This document shows positions 26,747 through 36,753 of a DNA stretch of 63,698 nt, one piece after another (position 1 is the stretch's first letter; every line of letters begins with the position of its first letter). Both the position numbers and the translations under genes were made by a program. Location: contig JAUSHE010000024.1 of the NCBI GenBank assembly GCA_030648435.1, forward strand, positions 1-63,698, read 5' to 3'. The DNA comes from Candidatus Daviesbacteria bacterium (lineage in GTDB: Bacteria > Patescibacteriota > Microgenomatia > Daviesbacterales > UBA10151). The notes under the pieces are model-generated. The model searched no databases. It worked only from the letters and a program-made list of their open reading frames with translations, and had not been told where the DNA came from.

Positions 26747-27383
26747 GCAGCTCGGGCAACAGTGTCTGAGGGTCAATGAATTTGTCATTTAAAGTAATTT
26801 CCAGATGGGTGTGAGGACCGGATGTGTGACCGGTTAAGCCTACTTCGCCTAGAATATTTTCTGGTGTAACTTTATCACCTTTTTTGACATAAATTTTACC
26901 CATATGGCCATATTTTGATTTAAAGCCTTTTTCATGAATAATTTCAACATAGTTTCCCAGCCCGAATAGGTCTCTGCCTACAGTTACAACTTCCCCGTCA
27001 ATAATAGGATGAATAGGCATCCCTAAACCTACTGCAATATCTATACCCGGGTGCCAATTGGAAAATTTAGTTGATAAATAGCCAGGATGAGGGAGAATCA
27101 AGGGTTTAGAGAAAGATTGGGCAATAATTTCTGCGCTTTGTTCTAATGCATTTGCCTGAACGTAAGATCTTTTGATAGGTGGGATAGCAAATGTTGGATA
27201 ATATCCCAACAGGGTTAGCGAAATAGCAACGATTATAGCAAGCTGTGTAAACCTCCTAAGGAACCTTAGCTTGATTTTCGATAATTTCCAAATTAGGGCG
27301 ACCCTGTTAAAAATTATCTTAGACAGTAGGTTTATGTTTTGAACTTTCAAAACGAGTGTGGATAATAACACTTCTGAGCTCAA
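26736..27383 (-). CDS. M23-family metallopeptidase
   Basis: HPGIDIA, GNYVEIIH, YGHM, GLTGHTSGPHTHLE; start uncertain. Confidence 0.9.
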   Translation of the reverse strand: MSSEVLLSTLVLKVQNINLLSKIIFNRVALIWKLSKIKLRFLRRFTQLAIIVAISLTLLGYYPTFAIPPIKRSYVQANALEQSAEIIAQSFSKPLILPHPGYLSTKFSNWHPGIDIAVGLGMPIHPIIDGEVVTVGRDLFGLGNYVEIIHEKGFKSKYGHMGKIYVKKGDKVTPENILGEVGLTGHTSGPHTHLEITLNDKFIDPQTLLPELPKL

Positions 27384-27417
27384 AAGTCAAACTTAAGGTA
27401 TAAGGTATAATTAAAGA

Positions 27418-28221
27418 GTGAAAAAAACTATTGTTTTGTTTTTAGTGCTGCTCAGTTTAATTGCTTTGATCTTGCGCTTTAATGCCAAATTTGCAGAAGT
27501 TTTTTTAGGATTTAAAGAATCAAGCGGGATTTCTATAGCATCTGATCCGACCGGCGCAACGGTTTTTCTTGACGGTCAGGAGGTCGGTAAAACTCCCTTA
27601 AACGTAAAAAATTTAAGCGTAAAAACTTACGAAATTAAGATTCAGAAAGAGAAACTAATTTGGCAAGTAAAAGTAACCCTCACACCCGGCACAGTGACTG
27701 TTATTAATAGGGATCTATCCGCCGATTTGGTTTCTTCTGCAGGCGAGATGTTAACCTTGGAAAAAGGCAAAGGTTTGACTATTGTTTCCAATCCAACAGA
27801 AGCTGATGTGGAAGTGGATGGCAAGCAGTTGGGTAAAACCCCAGTTACTACTGATGTGGAAAGCGGTGAACATACCATACTGATAAGCAGTACTAATTAT
27901 TTAAAAAGAAGTATCCGTGCTAATTTACCTGAAAGCTTTAATCTGACGATATCTGCTGACTTAAGTTTATCTGAAGCGGATTTAACAGCAGCTCCGGCTC
28001 CAGTTGTTACTCAAACGCCGGAGGTAGTAGTAAAGACTACGCCAACAGGATTTTTGCGGGTACGGGATAAACCGAGTTTGGCCGGTAAAGAGCTGGTACA
28101 GGTTAAGACAGGGGAAACATTGGTACTTCTGGAAGAGCAGGGGGCTTGGGATAAAGTCCGTTTGGTAAATGGCACAGAGGGTTTTGTTTCAGCAGTATAC
28201 GTGGAAAAGAAGAAACCTTAA
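27418..28221 (+). CDS. PEGA-domain protein with C-terminal SH3b domain
   Basis: Two SxP.GA.V.lDG..GKTP repeats; TPTGFLRVRDKP...GTEGFVSAVYV. Confidence 0.85.
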   Translation: MKKTIVLFLVLLSLIALILRFNAKFAEVFLGFKESSGISIASDPTGATVFLDGQEVGKTPLNVKNLSVKTYEIKIQKEKLIWQVKVTLTPGTVTVINRDLSADLVSSAGEMLTLEKGKGLTIVSNPTEADVEVDGKQLGKTPVTTDVESGEHTILISSTNYLKRSIRANLPESFNLTISADLSLSEADLTAAPAPVVTQTPEVVVKTTPTGFLRVRDKPSLAGKELVQVKTGETLVLLEEQGAWDKVRLVNGTEGFVSAVYVEKKKP

Positions 28222-29147
28222 CCGAGATAATAAATAATTCCCAAAACCAGAAGGCCCCAAATGACAACTGAAAAGAGTAACGGCCGATCTGTCAGGATAA
28301 CGCGCTCAGGAGATTCACCTTCTTTTTTCTCATAAATAATATACAAATATCTCATGACGGCATACAACATTACCGGTACAGTTATCATTAGGTATTTAGC
28401 TTCAGAAAATGGAGTTTCAAAACGGCTTAAAAATTTACCAAAAATATGGCTTGCCTGAACAGGCGGTTGCAAAAAGGCAAAGAAAGCATAAGTCAGCCAG
28501 GTTGAGGTGGCAGACAGAGCGGTTAAGCTATCTAGTAAACTTTCAGGGTAATGCAGTAGGGTTTCCCGGTGGCGGAAATCATGAGATTCCATAAGAGTCC
28601 GCTCAGATCTTCTTTTTCCGACTGCCAGGAAAAGCGCAAAGCTTGTGATAAAAAGCAAAAACCAGACGTTTAAATGAGCATCAATAGCCCAAACTCCGCC
28701 ATAAATCCGCAGGACAAAACCTGCTGCAATAACCAATACATCAATTAAAATGACCTGTTTTAGGTAAACAGAGTAACAGAGTTGTAATATCAGATATACA
28801 ACAACTGCAAAGAAAAAATTAGGGGATAAATTATATGCAAAGGGCAAGAAAATAATAATTGCGGCCAGAGCCAAACTAATAGCCAGCCAGACCGGCACCA
28901 CTCCTGAGGCAATGGGCCGTTTCTTTTTAAATGGGTGCAGTTTATCTCTTTCAATGTCAAAAACATCATTTAACAGATAAGTTGCAGAGGAAAAGATACA
29001 AAAAAGCGCAACAGCTTCAAGGGTTCTGATCTGGTTGGTATGGTCCAGTAAAGTGCCTGAAAAAATAAGGGCTGCAAAAATGCATAAATTTTTTATCCAT
29101 TGTCTGGGGCGCGACGCTTTGATAATGCCCCAAAAAAGTTTAACCAT
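28218..29147 (-). CDS. UbiA-family prenyltransferase (decaprenyl-phosphate phosphoribosyltransferase-like)
   Basis: RPRQWIKN, YLLNDVFDIERDKLHPFKKKRPIASG, GFVLR, KRRSE. Confidence 0.9.
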   Translation of the reverse strand: MVKLFWGIIKASRPRQWIKNLCIFAALIFSGTLLDHTNQIRTLEAVALFCIFSSATYLLNDVFDIERDKLHPFKKKRPIASGVVPVWLAISLALAAIIIFLPFAYNLSPNFFFAVVVYLILQLCYSVYLKQVILIDVLVIAAGFVLRIYGGVWAIDAHLNVWFLLFITSFALFLAVGKRRSERTLMESHDFRHRETLLHYPESLLDSLTALSATSTWLTYAFFAFLQPPVQASHIFGKFLSRFETPFSEAKYLMITVPVMLYAVMRYLYIIYEKKEGESPERVILTDRPLLFSVVIWGLLVLGIIYYLG

Positions 29148-30151
29148 AATATACCTCCTAAAATAACTGCTCCGACAAGCAATGCGGCAAATAACTTTCC
29201 TTGCGAGGATAAGCTAAGAGCTGTTGCCCCCAGGATAGCACTTCCTAAAATGTAAAACAAGGATATTTTTTGATGAGAAAACCCTTTCTCCAGTAATTTA
29301 TGATGCAAGTGTCCCCTGTCTCCCCAAACCGGTGATTTACCACTTAAAATTCTCCGGAAAAATGTATATGCAAAATCAGTTGCAGGAATTAAAAGTACCA
29401 AGCCGGCTGTAGCTAGCTTGGCACCTGAAAGAATAGAAAGCACTGCTATCATAAAACCTAAAATTGTTGAACCGGAAAAACCGGGAAAAATTTTGGCCGG
29501 ATACCAATTAAAGAGTAAAAACCCAAAAGCGCAACCGGCCGTAATAAAAGATAGTTTTGCAACATTAATTTGTGTCGGATCATTTAATATGCCAAGTTTT
29601 AATGATAAAAAGCCCAATATCAAAGCAGTGATAGTAATAATTCCCGGCATTTGACCGTCAACGCCTTTTGACCAATTGATCATATTCATGACCCAGACTA
29701 TCCAGATAATTGTTAAAAAATCAGCAAGTAGCATGATCTGAGGTGTGGTATCAAAGTGTAGGATCCCACCTAAAGGATTAGTAATAAAACTAATGCCTAT
29801 GCCGCTGCCAACTGCAATAATGGCTGCGGCAAATTGGGCAAACAGCCGGAAATAAGGCGAAAGATTATGATATTTATCATCTAAGAGTCCCACTATAAGT
29901 AATATTAAAATACCTATCAGTAAGCCGGCATATATTTTTGTGAAAGGTAGAAAAATTAAAGTAGCAACAGTGATTCCTAGAAAAATAGTCAGTCCACCGG
30001 CCCTGGGAACAGTCCGTTTTTGAATATGAGCCGGATGTGGTCTGGTTTGGGGGTTATCCAGCAACTTGAATCTCCTCGCAAGGTATATAGTGGGAAAAAC
30101 TGCAATGGTTGTTATCAAAAAAGAGACGAAGCCGGGCATCAAAAAATTCAT
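29093..30151 (-). CDS. MraY/WecA-family glycosyltransferase (undecaprenyl-P GlcNAc-1-P transferase-like)
   Basis: VPRAGGL, GLLDDK, NMINWSKGVDG, FNWYPAKIFPG, GDRGHLHH. Confidence 0.88.
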   Translation of the reverse strand: MNFLMPGFVSFLITTIAVFPTIYLARRFKLLDNPQTRPHPAHIQKRTVPRAGGLTIFLGITVATLIFLPFTKIYAGLLIGILILLIVGLLDDKYHNLSPYFRLFAQFAAAIIAVGSGIGISFITNPLGGILHFDTTPQIMLLADFLTIIWIVWVMNMINWSKGVDGQMPGIITITALILGFLSLKLGILNDPTQINVAKLSFITAGCAFGFLLFNWYPAKIFPGFSGSTILGFMIAVLSILSGAKLATAGLVLLIPATDFAYTFFRRILSGKSPVWGDRGHLHHKLLEKGFSHQKISLFYILGSAILGATALSLSSQGKLFAALLVGAVILGGILWLNFFGALSKRRAPDNG

Positions 30152-30155
30152 ATAT

Positions 30156-30485
30156 TTAGGCAAACATCAGACTCACCTTAATAAAAGTAATAAGTAAAAT
30201 TAAAGTTACCGATAAAGACGCGATATAAAGAATATCTTTGAAAAATTTTTGGGAAAAGTGGAGTTGAGATGATACGACAAAATTAAGCAAAGTTATGAGG
30301 ATCATGACGCCCGGGATAATAAGGAACTCTTTTTGTGTTGCGAGTTGCCCCTCGCCCCAAGGCAGCGAGTAAAAAAGCGGTAATTTGACAGGTAAAAAGC
30401 GGAAAAGCAATAGAACTACAACAATAAGAATTGCACTTGTAATCAATGGTGCAAATTTTAACCAAAAAGTAAATTTTTTAATCAT
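30156..30485 (-). CDS. Small membrane protein
   Basis: Three TM helices with an LPVKLPLFYSLPWGEGQLA loop; in operon. Confidence 0.65.
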   Translation of the reverse strand: MIKKFTFWLKFAPLITSAILIVVVLLLFRFLPVKLPLFYSLPWGEGQLATQKEFLIIPGVMILITLLNFVVSSQLHFSQKFFKDILYIASLSVTLILLITFIKVSLMFA

Positions 30486-30489
30486 ATCT

Positions 30490-32265
30490 TTAAGATTTTT
30501 CTGATAATCTCGCTTTGTTTGTAACACGGAATTCTAATTTTTTACCGAACATTAAGGATGTTTGAGCGTCAATTGCAGGGAGCGAAGAAATAGTAATGAT
30601 AATTAAAGGAATTAAGAGCCATTGCAGATAAGACCAAATTCTTTTAAAAAGCGACCAATTAGCCGGTCTTTTGGGGGCTATTTTTTCATGTACATAAATA
30701 GTGGCAAACAGCCCAAAAAAAGTAATTGTTAATATCCACGATGATACAATAGGCAAATTAACCGACATGACAGAAGCTCTAAAATTTGGATTAACCAGAG
30801 GGATAAACAAACTACCGAATGTTACAAAAATTGCCAAAAATCCCCATTTTAAATCCCCCCAAATTTTGAAAAGCACCCTGTCTGTTTTATTCCAGAAATC
30901 CATCTCTTTGGTAAAATATTGTTTGACAATAAACGGAATATGCTCAACTCCGTAGGCCCATCTTTTGATTTGCAGATATTGATTTTGAAAAGTTTTAAGT
31001 AAGGTCGTATCCTGGACGGCATCAGCAGAAATAGGTAGGAAATGAGGAATAACTTTATAATCGCCGCTAAAATGAAAATAAGCTTTCCAGTAGAATCCGT
31101 TATCATCATTAACTTTGTCAGGTATCCAGCCGCCAATATCCAAAAGAGCTTTTAAAGAAATTGACATGGAAGAATAATTCATGTATTTATCTGATCCGAC
31201 CATTTCAGCCAGTTGCCATAGCGATGTACCGGTTGCCATAAGCCTCATTGGTGTAGGTGTTTGCCAGTAGTTATTATGGTAGAGAAAAACTCCGGTAAAG
31301 GTTCTTTTGTCCCTTTCCTCCGGAGGTTGAGATAAATATTTATGTAGCGCTCCTGATAAAAAATGATGGCTGAGAACAAAATCAGCATCCAAGGTAGTGA
31401 CAAAAACATTATCCGTATTAATTCCTCTTTTTCCAAGCTCAGGGACAATATGCTTGATCATCCAGTTTTTGTTTGACCCTTGACCTGCTACTTCACCGGG
31501 CAGATTGTATGGGTGAATGGTGGTAAAAGCTCCGGCAACTTTCTTTTCAATTTTTCGCAGATAATCCTTTGTTTCGTTAATTTTTTCAGGATCATCCCGC
31601 TCTTCAAATCCTACTGCAATAAGTATTTTATTTTTGGGATAGCTTGAATTCACAATTGCGTCAAAAGTGGGTTGCAAAATATACAATGCTTCTTTGTAAG
31701 TAGGCACTAGTATCAACTGATAATATTTGCCCCACTCTCCGGGAAAGTCGTTTTGTAGCATTTTTTGCCAGTTGATACTCTTGGCCTGTTCCATTTTTTT
31801 ATAGCCAATTAAGATTAAAACAGCAATTCTAAGTGCGGTTAGCAGCCAATAAACATCAGCAATTAAGATCAAATAAGCTACAGCATAAGGCAGAGCCAAA
31901 GAAAGCCAAATAGGCGAAGTTAGAGCAAGCCAGGTTAATGCGCCTGGTAGAATCTCCAGGCATCGTTCAAAAACATTTTCATGTTTTGAGACAAAATCCC
32001 TCTCAGTTTTTTCAAAAAAAATAAAACGTTGAGATAGAAGATGATGGATGATAATTCCGAGGCCCGCTCCGACAAGGGAAAAAGCAACTAAAACATTAAT
32101 GCCGCTCCCCAGAATCGATTGACCAAAAAAGCCGGTGATTAGTCCCAAAAAAGCAAAAATAACTCCTAAAAAACTATATCGTATACCTTTGACAATACGG
32201 TTTAGAACTTCCGCAAAATAAAAAAAGGATAAGAATCCGATTAAAAAGACCAGTAAAATCCGCAT
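30490..32265 (-). CDS. Membrane glycosyltransferase family 2
   Basis: LVPTYKE, TTLDADF, DDNGFYW, QIKRWAYG (QxxRW). Confidence 0.88.
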   Translation of the reverse strand: MRILLVFLIGFLSFFYFAEVLNRIVKGIRYSFLGVIFAFLGLITGFFGQSILGSGINVLVAFSLVGAGLGIIIHHLLSQRFIFFEKTERDFVSKHENVFERCLEILPGALTWLALTSPIWLSLALPYAVAYLILIADVYWLLTALRIAVLILIGYKKMEQAKSINWQKMLQNDFPGEWGKYYQLILVPTYKEALYILQPTFDAIVNSSYPKNKILIAVGFEERDDPEKINETKDYLRKIEKKVAGAFTTIHPYNLPGEVAGQGSNKNWMIKHIVPELGKRGINTDNVFVTTLDADFVLSHHFLSGALHKYLSQPPEERDKRTFTGVFLYHNNYWQTPTPMRLMATGTSLWQLAEMVGSDKYMNYSSMSISLKALLDIGGWIPDKVNDDNGFYWKAYFHFSGDYKVIPHFLPISADAVQDTTLLKTFQNQYLQIKRWAYGVEHIPFIVKQYFTKEMDFWNKTDRVLFKIWGDLKWGFLAIFVTFGSLFIPLVNPNFRASVMSVNLPIVSSWILTITFFGLFATIYVHEKIAPKRPANWSLFKRIWSYLQWLLIPLIIITISSLPAIDAQTSLMFGKKLEFRVTNKARLSEKS

Positions 32266-32295
32266 AATGTACCCCTAAGTGTACCTATTTCAGCC

Positions 32296-33162
32296 TCATA
32301 AAGCAACTTTAAAGACTGCCTTGGCATTGGCTGTGGTTTGATCAGCGACTTCTTCCAGAGAGATTCCTTTTAAATCAGCGATCAATTGGGCAATTTCCGC
32401 TACATTGGCCGGCTCATTTCTTTGACCTCTTTTGGATTGAGGAGCCAGGAATGGAGAATCTGTTTCCAGTAGAATTCTATCAAGGGGCAAAAGTTTGGCA
32501 GCCTGCCTTAGATACTCATTTTTTGGATAGGTAACATTGGCGGCAAAAGAAACAAGTAAGTTGGCAGAATGCCCTGAGCGTAGTCGAAGGGTAGTTTGGG
32601 CAAGACCGGAATAGCAATGGAGAATAGCAGGTTGATCTCCGATTAGTGCTAGTACTTTATCCCAAGCTTCACTATTTTGAGGATTTTTGGAACGATCATC
32701 ACGGCAATGAACAATTAAAGGTAAATTTAATTTTTTAGCTAAATCAATATGGGCTATAAAAAGTTTTATCTGTAAATCTTTTTGTTGCTCTATAGATAAG
32801 GAAGAAGGATTGTAGTCAGGATTATTATCAAAATAGAAGTCCAGTCCACACTCACCCATAGCCACCACTTTTTCTGAACCACCTTGATAAATTTGCTCTA
32901 ATTTGGCTATGTCATTTTGTAATGTTGTATCAGATTCATATTTGTTGGCTTCGTGTGGATGGATACCAATTGTGGAGTATATAGATAAACCTGCTGGCCA
33001 TTTTGTATTTATAATTTGGTCCAAGGCTGTTTGGCTTTTTTCTATATCAACCCCAACATTAATAATTGTTGACACTCCAGCATCTAGAGATCTTTTAATA
33101 ACCTCATCAAAATCTTGTTTAAATGATTCCCAATAAAGATGAGCGTGTGTATCAATTAACAT
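32296..33162 (-). CDS. tatD: TatD-family hydrolase
   Basis: IDTHAHL, IGIHPH, GECGLDF, HCRD, LHCYSG, LLETDSPFLAP, RNEP. Confidence 0.95.
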   Translation of the reverse strand: MLIDTHAHLYWESFKQDFDEVIKRSLDAGVSTIINVGVDIEKSQTALDQIINTKWPAGLSIYSTIGIHPHEANKYESDTTLQNDIAKLEQIYQGGSEKVVAMGECGLDFYFDNNPDYNPSSLSIEQQKDLQIKLFIAHIDLAKKLNLPLIVHCRDDRSKNPQNSEAWDKVLALIGDQPAILHCYSGLAQTTLRLRSGHSANLLVSFAANVTYPKNEYLRQAAKLLPLDRILLETDSPFLAPQSKRGQRNEPANVAEIAQLIADLKGISLEEVADQTTANAKAVFKVAL

Positions 33163-33823
33163 TTTGTTGCCAACGATTCTTTGTATTTTGGGCTTCTATT
33201 TCTGGTTTGGAATGTCCGTCTTCTTTAACATGCATCTCTTTCCAGTTACCTCTTTCGGGTCTATTGAGAGCTACGGCAAATCTATCTCTAAAAAATCTAG
33301 GGGCAGTAAGATTTGTATCTACAACCCATTTATTATTTTCTATAGAGAAAAATAAATAACCGCCGTTTTTTTCAAACAAACCCTTGAGTTCAAATAAATC
33401 GCCTATCCTAGTTAATTTAGCTTCCCTTTCAGGGACTATTTCTATGGATGCACCTTTAAACGGGATAAAATGGACATGAGAGTGAAAGACAGTTTGACCG
33501 AACTTCCCGTGTTCAAATGAGCTAATAGAGCCGTATTTTTTAGACAAAAAGTCCGAGACTTTTTGGTAGAGAATCAGAAACTCGGTATAGATATCTTCAG
33601 GATACTCGCCAATACACGACAGATGATGTTTTGGAATAATTAATATGTGTCCTGCAGTAATCGGATGTGGGTCGCAGACTATAGAAAAGTTATCTGTTTT
33701 CTCCAGCAAGTATTTGTAGGCTTCGGAGTTAAGGTTACAATGGGGACAATGTTCCCTTATATATTTTTCAGATAACTCATCCTCTATATGATTTTGTTCG
33801 CTGTTGTTCTGAAATTTATTCAT
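33152..33823 (-). CDS. HIT-family protein
   Basis: CPHC, PITAGHILIIPKHH, GQTVFHSHVHFIP. Confidence 0.85.
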   Translation of the reverse strand: MNKFQNNSEQNHIEDELSEKYIREHCPHCNLNSEAYKYLLEKTDNFSIVCDPHPITAGHILIIPKHHLSCIGEYPEDIYTEFLILYQKVSDFLSKKYGSISSFEHGKFGQTVFHSHVHFIPFKGASIEIVPEREAKLTRIGDLFELKGLFEKNGGYLFFSIENNKWVVDTNLTAPRFFRDRFAVALNRPERGNWKEMHVKEDGHSKPEIEAQNTKNRWQQNVN

Positions 33824-35236
33824 TTAGATTCTGGGAAATAAAGATGGAGCTGATTTAATTTCTCCTGAGAACTGTTTCAAAATTTTTTCTGCAGTTTGAG
33901 GTAAAAAGGGTTGTAAGTTAAAAGCTATAGTTTGAATTCTTTTAACTAAATCTTCTAAGACACTTTTTGCTTTTTCACCACTAAGTTCCCAAGGTTTCTC
34001 TTCATTTATCTTTTTATCAGCTTCAGTAATAAGTTGGCGTATAATTGCTATTGCTTCATTAAATTTAAACTCCTCAATAAATTTCTCCAAGCCAGCGCAC
34101 CAGACATTAGCTCCGCTTGAGGCCTCAATATTGTTTTGCTCACAAAGCTTGGCAATTCTGGAGACTAAATTTCCTAAACCATTTGCCATGTCTCCATTAT
34201 AAACTTCTTTAAATCTTTCATCAGTGAAATCGCCATCAGCATCAATCGGAATTTGTGAAAGCATGAAATACCGCAGAGATTCCAGCCCATACTTTTTTAC
34301 AATATCTTGAGGTAAGATGACATTGCCTGCTGATTTGCTGATTTTTTCTCCTTTTAAGTTAACAAAACCATGGATTAAGATTTGTTTCGGCAAGGGTAGC
34401 CCTGCCGATAAGAGCATAGCCGGCCAGTAAACCGTATGGAAGCGATTTATGTCTTTTCCGATAATGTGCAAGTCAGCCGGCCACCATTTCTTGAAGTTTT
34501 CTTCATTCCAACCAAAACCTATTCCTGTTAAATAAATTGCTAAAGCATCGTACCAAACATAAACTTTTTGGGTTGGGTCTTCGGGTACCGGCACACCGAT
34601 ACCTTTGGCGCGCTCATTTGACCTGGAAATACTAAAATCTTCCAAACCGGATTTAATAAAAGACAGAGCTTCCTGTCTTTTGTTTGCCGGAGCGATTTTT
34701 AATTCATTACTTTCGATGAGTGCGGTTAACTGTTTTTGATATTTTGATAACTTGAAAAAATAGTTTTCTTCTTTCACAAGATCAGGTTTTGTTTGGTGGA
34801 TGGAACAATGGCCGTCAACTAATTCCACTTCGGTTTTAAATGATTCACATCCGACACAATACAAACCTGCGTATTTATTTTTATAAATATCGCCGTTTCC
34901 CTTACAAAGCTTCCATAATTTTTGTACCCCGGGCCAGTGTTTTTCTTTGTCAGAACCTCGCTGGAAAACATCCAAGTGTACTCCCAAAAATTCATATGTG
35001 TCATGCCAGATTTTAGAGTTCCGGTCTAAAAATTCCTGTACAGGTAGACCTTCTTTTTCGGCTGCCTGTACATTTTTTAGCGCATTTTCATCCGCTCCGG
35101 ACAAAAGCAAAGTTTCATCTCCGTTTATCTGATGATATCTTCTGATGGTATCTGCCTGAAAATATTCAAGAGAATGCCCAACGTGCGGCAGGCCGTTAAC
35201 ATAAGGTATAGCTGTGGTTAAATAAAATTTTTTCAA
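33824..35236 (-). CDS. metG: Methionine--tRNA ligase
   Basis: YLTTAIPYVNGLPHVGH, YCVGCE, YVWYDAL, GKDINRFH, KISKSAGN. Confidence 0.97.
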   Translation of the reverse strand: MKKFYLTTAIPYVNGLPHVGHSLEYFQADTIRRYHQINGDETLLLSGADENALKNVQAAEKEGLPVQEFLDRNSKIWHDTYEFLGVHLDVFQRGSDKEKHWPGVQKLWKLCKGNGDIYKNKYAGLYCVGCESFKTEVELVDGHCSIHQTKPDLVKEENYFFKLSKYQKQLTALIESNELKIAPANKRQEALSFIKSGLEDFSISRSNERAKGIGVPVPEDPTQKVYVWYDALAIYLTGIGFGWNEENFKKWWPADLHIIGKDINRFHTVYWPAMLLSAGLPLPKQILIHGFVNLKGEKISKSAGNVILPQDIVKKYGLESLRYFMLSQIPIDADGDFTDERFKEVYNGDMANGLGNLVSRIAKLCEQNNIEASSGANVWCAGLEKFIEEFKFNEAIAIIRQLITEADKKINEEKPWELSGEKAKSVLEDLVKRIQTIAFNLQPFLPQTAEKILKQFSGEIKSAPSLFPRI

Positions 35237-35604
35237 GGTTTATTCCTCCGTAAAGATGTTAGTTTAGGGATTTTTGATAGTTTAGTCAAATTGTGCCTTT
35301 TTGTTTTTCTAAAATAACTGGCCAGTAAGTAAGTAGCTACGGCAGTTAATATACCGGTTACGATGTTTAGAGAATCAAGAGCTTTTAAAATTAATAAAAA
35401 AATTAATCCTAAAGAGATGGCAAAAGAAATATAAAAGTTTCTTATGATTATGTTGAAAGTAAATATGAATGCCAGGAATAATGGGGTAAGAAATGAACTG
35501 ATTTGTATAAAATTTGCCTGTGTAAGAGTTTTGGGATAAGGGACCTGTAATATTACATAGATAAAAGTAACCCAAAAAAGTAAAACAGGAAGAATTCTAA
35601 TCAT
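35233..35604 (-). CDS. Small four-TM membrane protein
   Basis: Hydrophobic ORF, translationally coupled to metG, with TACAAT 6 nt before the ATG. Confidence 0.65.
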   Translation of the reverse strand: MIRILPVLLFWVTFIYVILQVPYPKTLTQANFIQISSFLTPLFLAFIFTFNIIIRNFYISFAISLGLIFLLILKALDSLNIVTGILTAVATYLLASYFRKTKRHNLTKLSKIPKLTSLRRNKP

Positions 35605-35646
35605 AGCTTAATTGTAACTCAAATCGTGGTAGAATATCGGCTGGTT

Positions 35647-36753
35647 ATGGATAATATTGCAACAAATTTCGTTTGCCCCAAATGTAAGGAAAAAATATCT
35701 ATAGACGAGGCTTTTAAATCTCAACTGGAAGATAAAATAAGGTTGGAGCTGCGCGGCGAATACAACGAAAAATGGCAAAACCTGCAAAAGGTGCAGAATG
35801 AGCAGTTGGAAAAACAAAAAAAAGAAATAGATACTTTCCGGGAAAATGAGTTGGCTCTAAGGAAAAAAACCCAGGAATTGGAAGAAAAAGAAAAAAATTT
35901 GGAGTTGGAAAAAGAGCGTCAGATAGATGAAGAAAGAAAAAAAATCAGAGAGAAAACAGAATTAGAAATGGAAGAAAAATATCATCTTAAGGAAAAAGAA
36001 TATGAGCAGAATATGGCAGCTATGAAGAAATCACTGGAAGATGCCCAAAGAAAAGCCAATCAGGGATCGCAGCAGATGCAGGGCGAAGTATTAGAGTTAG
36101 AACTGGAAGAAATATTAAAACGGGAGTTTCCGATTGATGATATTTTGCCCGTCGGTAAAGGCATAAAAGGAGCGGATGTTGTTCAGGTTATTAAAGACAA
36201 AATTGGTAAAGAAGCAGGGAAGATTGTCTGGGAAAGCAAAAGAACAAAGGCTTTTGGCGGTGATTGGATAGAAAAACTCAAAGAAGATATGAGGAGAGAA
36301 AAAGCAGAGATTGCCGTTTTAGTTTCTTCCGTATTACCAGCTGATATAAATATTTTTGGTTTCAAAGAGGGCGTTTATATCACAAGCTTTGAAAGTTTTT
36401 TATCGATCGCCCGGATTCTTAGAAAAAGCATTATCGATTTATCTGTAACGAAATCTTTATCTGTCGGTAAAAATGAAAAGATTGAAGCGCTTTATTCATA
36501 CATCACCAGTTCCGAGTTTGCCCATAAGATTGAATCAATGCTGGATACTTTTTCGAAAATGAAGTCGACACTGGATAAAGAGAGGCAGGTGATGGAGAGT
36601 CATTGGGCCCAGCGGGAAAAACAAATAGAGGTTTTACAAAAAAATACGCTAAATATTCACGGATCTTTTTCCGGGTTAATAGATAAACCTCTTACTCAAA
36701 TTGAAAGCATAGAATTTGAGGAGATAGAAATAACGCTAGATGATAACAAATGA
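35647..36753 (+). CDS. DUF2130-like coiled-coil protein
   Basis: N-terminal CPKC, long coiled coil, GSQQMQGEVLELELE, GADV, WESKRTK..WIEKLK. Confidence 0.8.
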   Translation: MDNIATNFVCPKCKEKISIDEAFKSQLEDKIRLELRGEYNEKWQNLQKVQNEQLEKQKKEIDTFRENELALRKKTQELEEKEKNLELEKERQIDEERKKIREKTELEMEEKYHLKEKEYEQNMAAMKKSLEDAQRKANQGSQQMQGEVLELELEEILKREFPIDDILPVGKGIKGADVVQVIKDKIGKEAGKIVWESKRTKAFGGDWIEKLKEDMRREKAEIAVLVSSVLPADINIFGFKEGVYITSFESFLSIARILRKSIIDLSVTKSLSVGKNEKIEALYSYITSSEFAHKIESMLDTFSKMKSTLDKERQVMESHWAQREKQIEVLQKNTLNIHGSFSGLIDKPLTQIESIEFEEIEITLDDNK

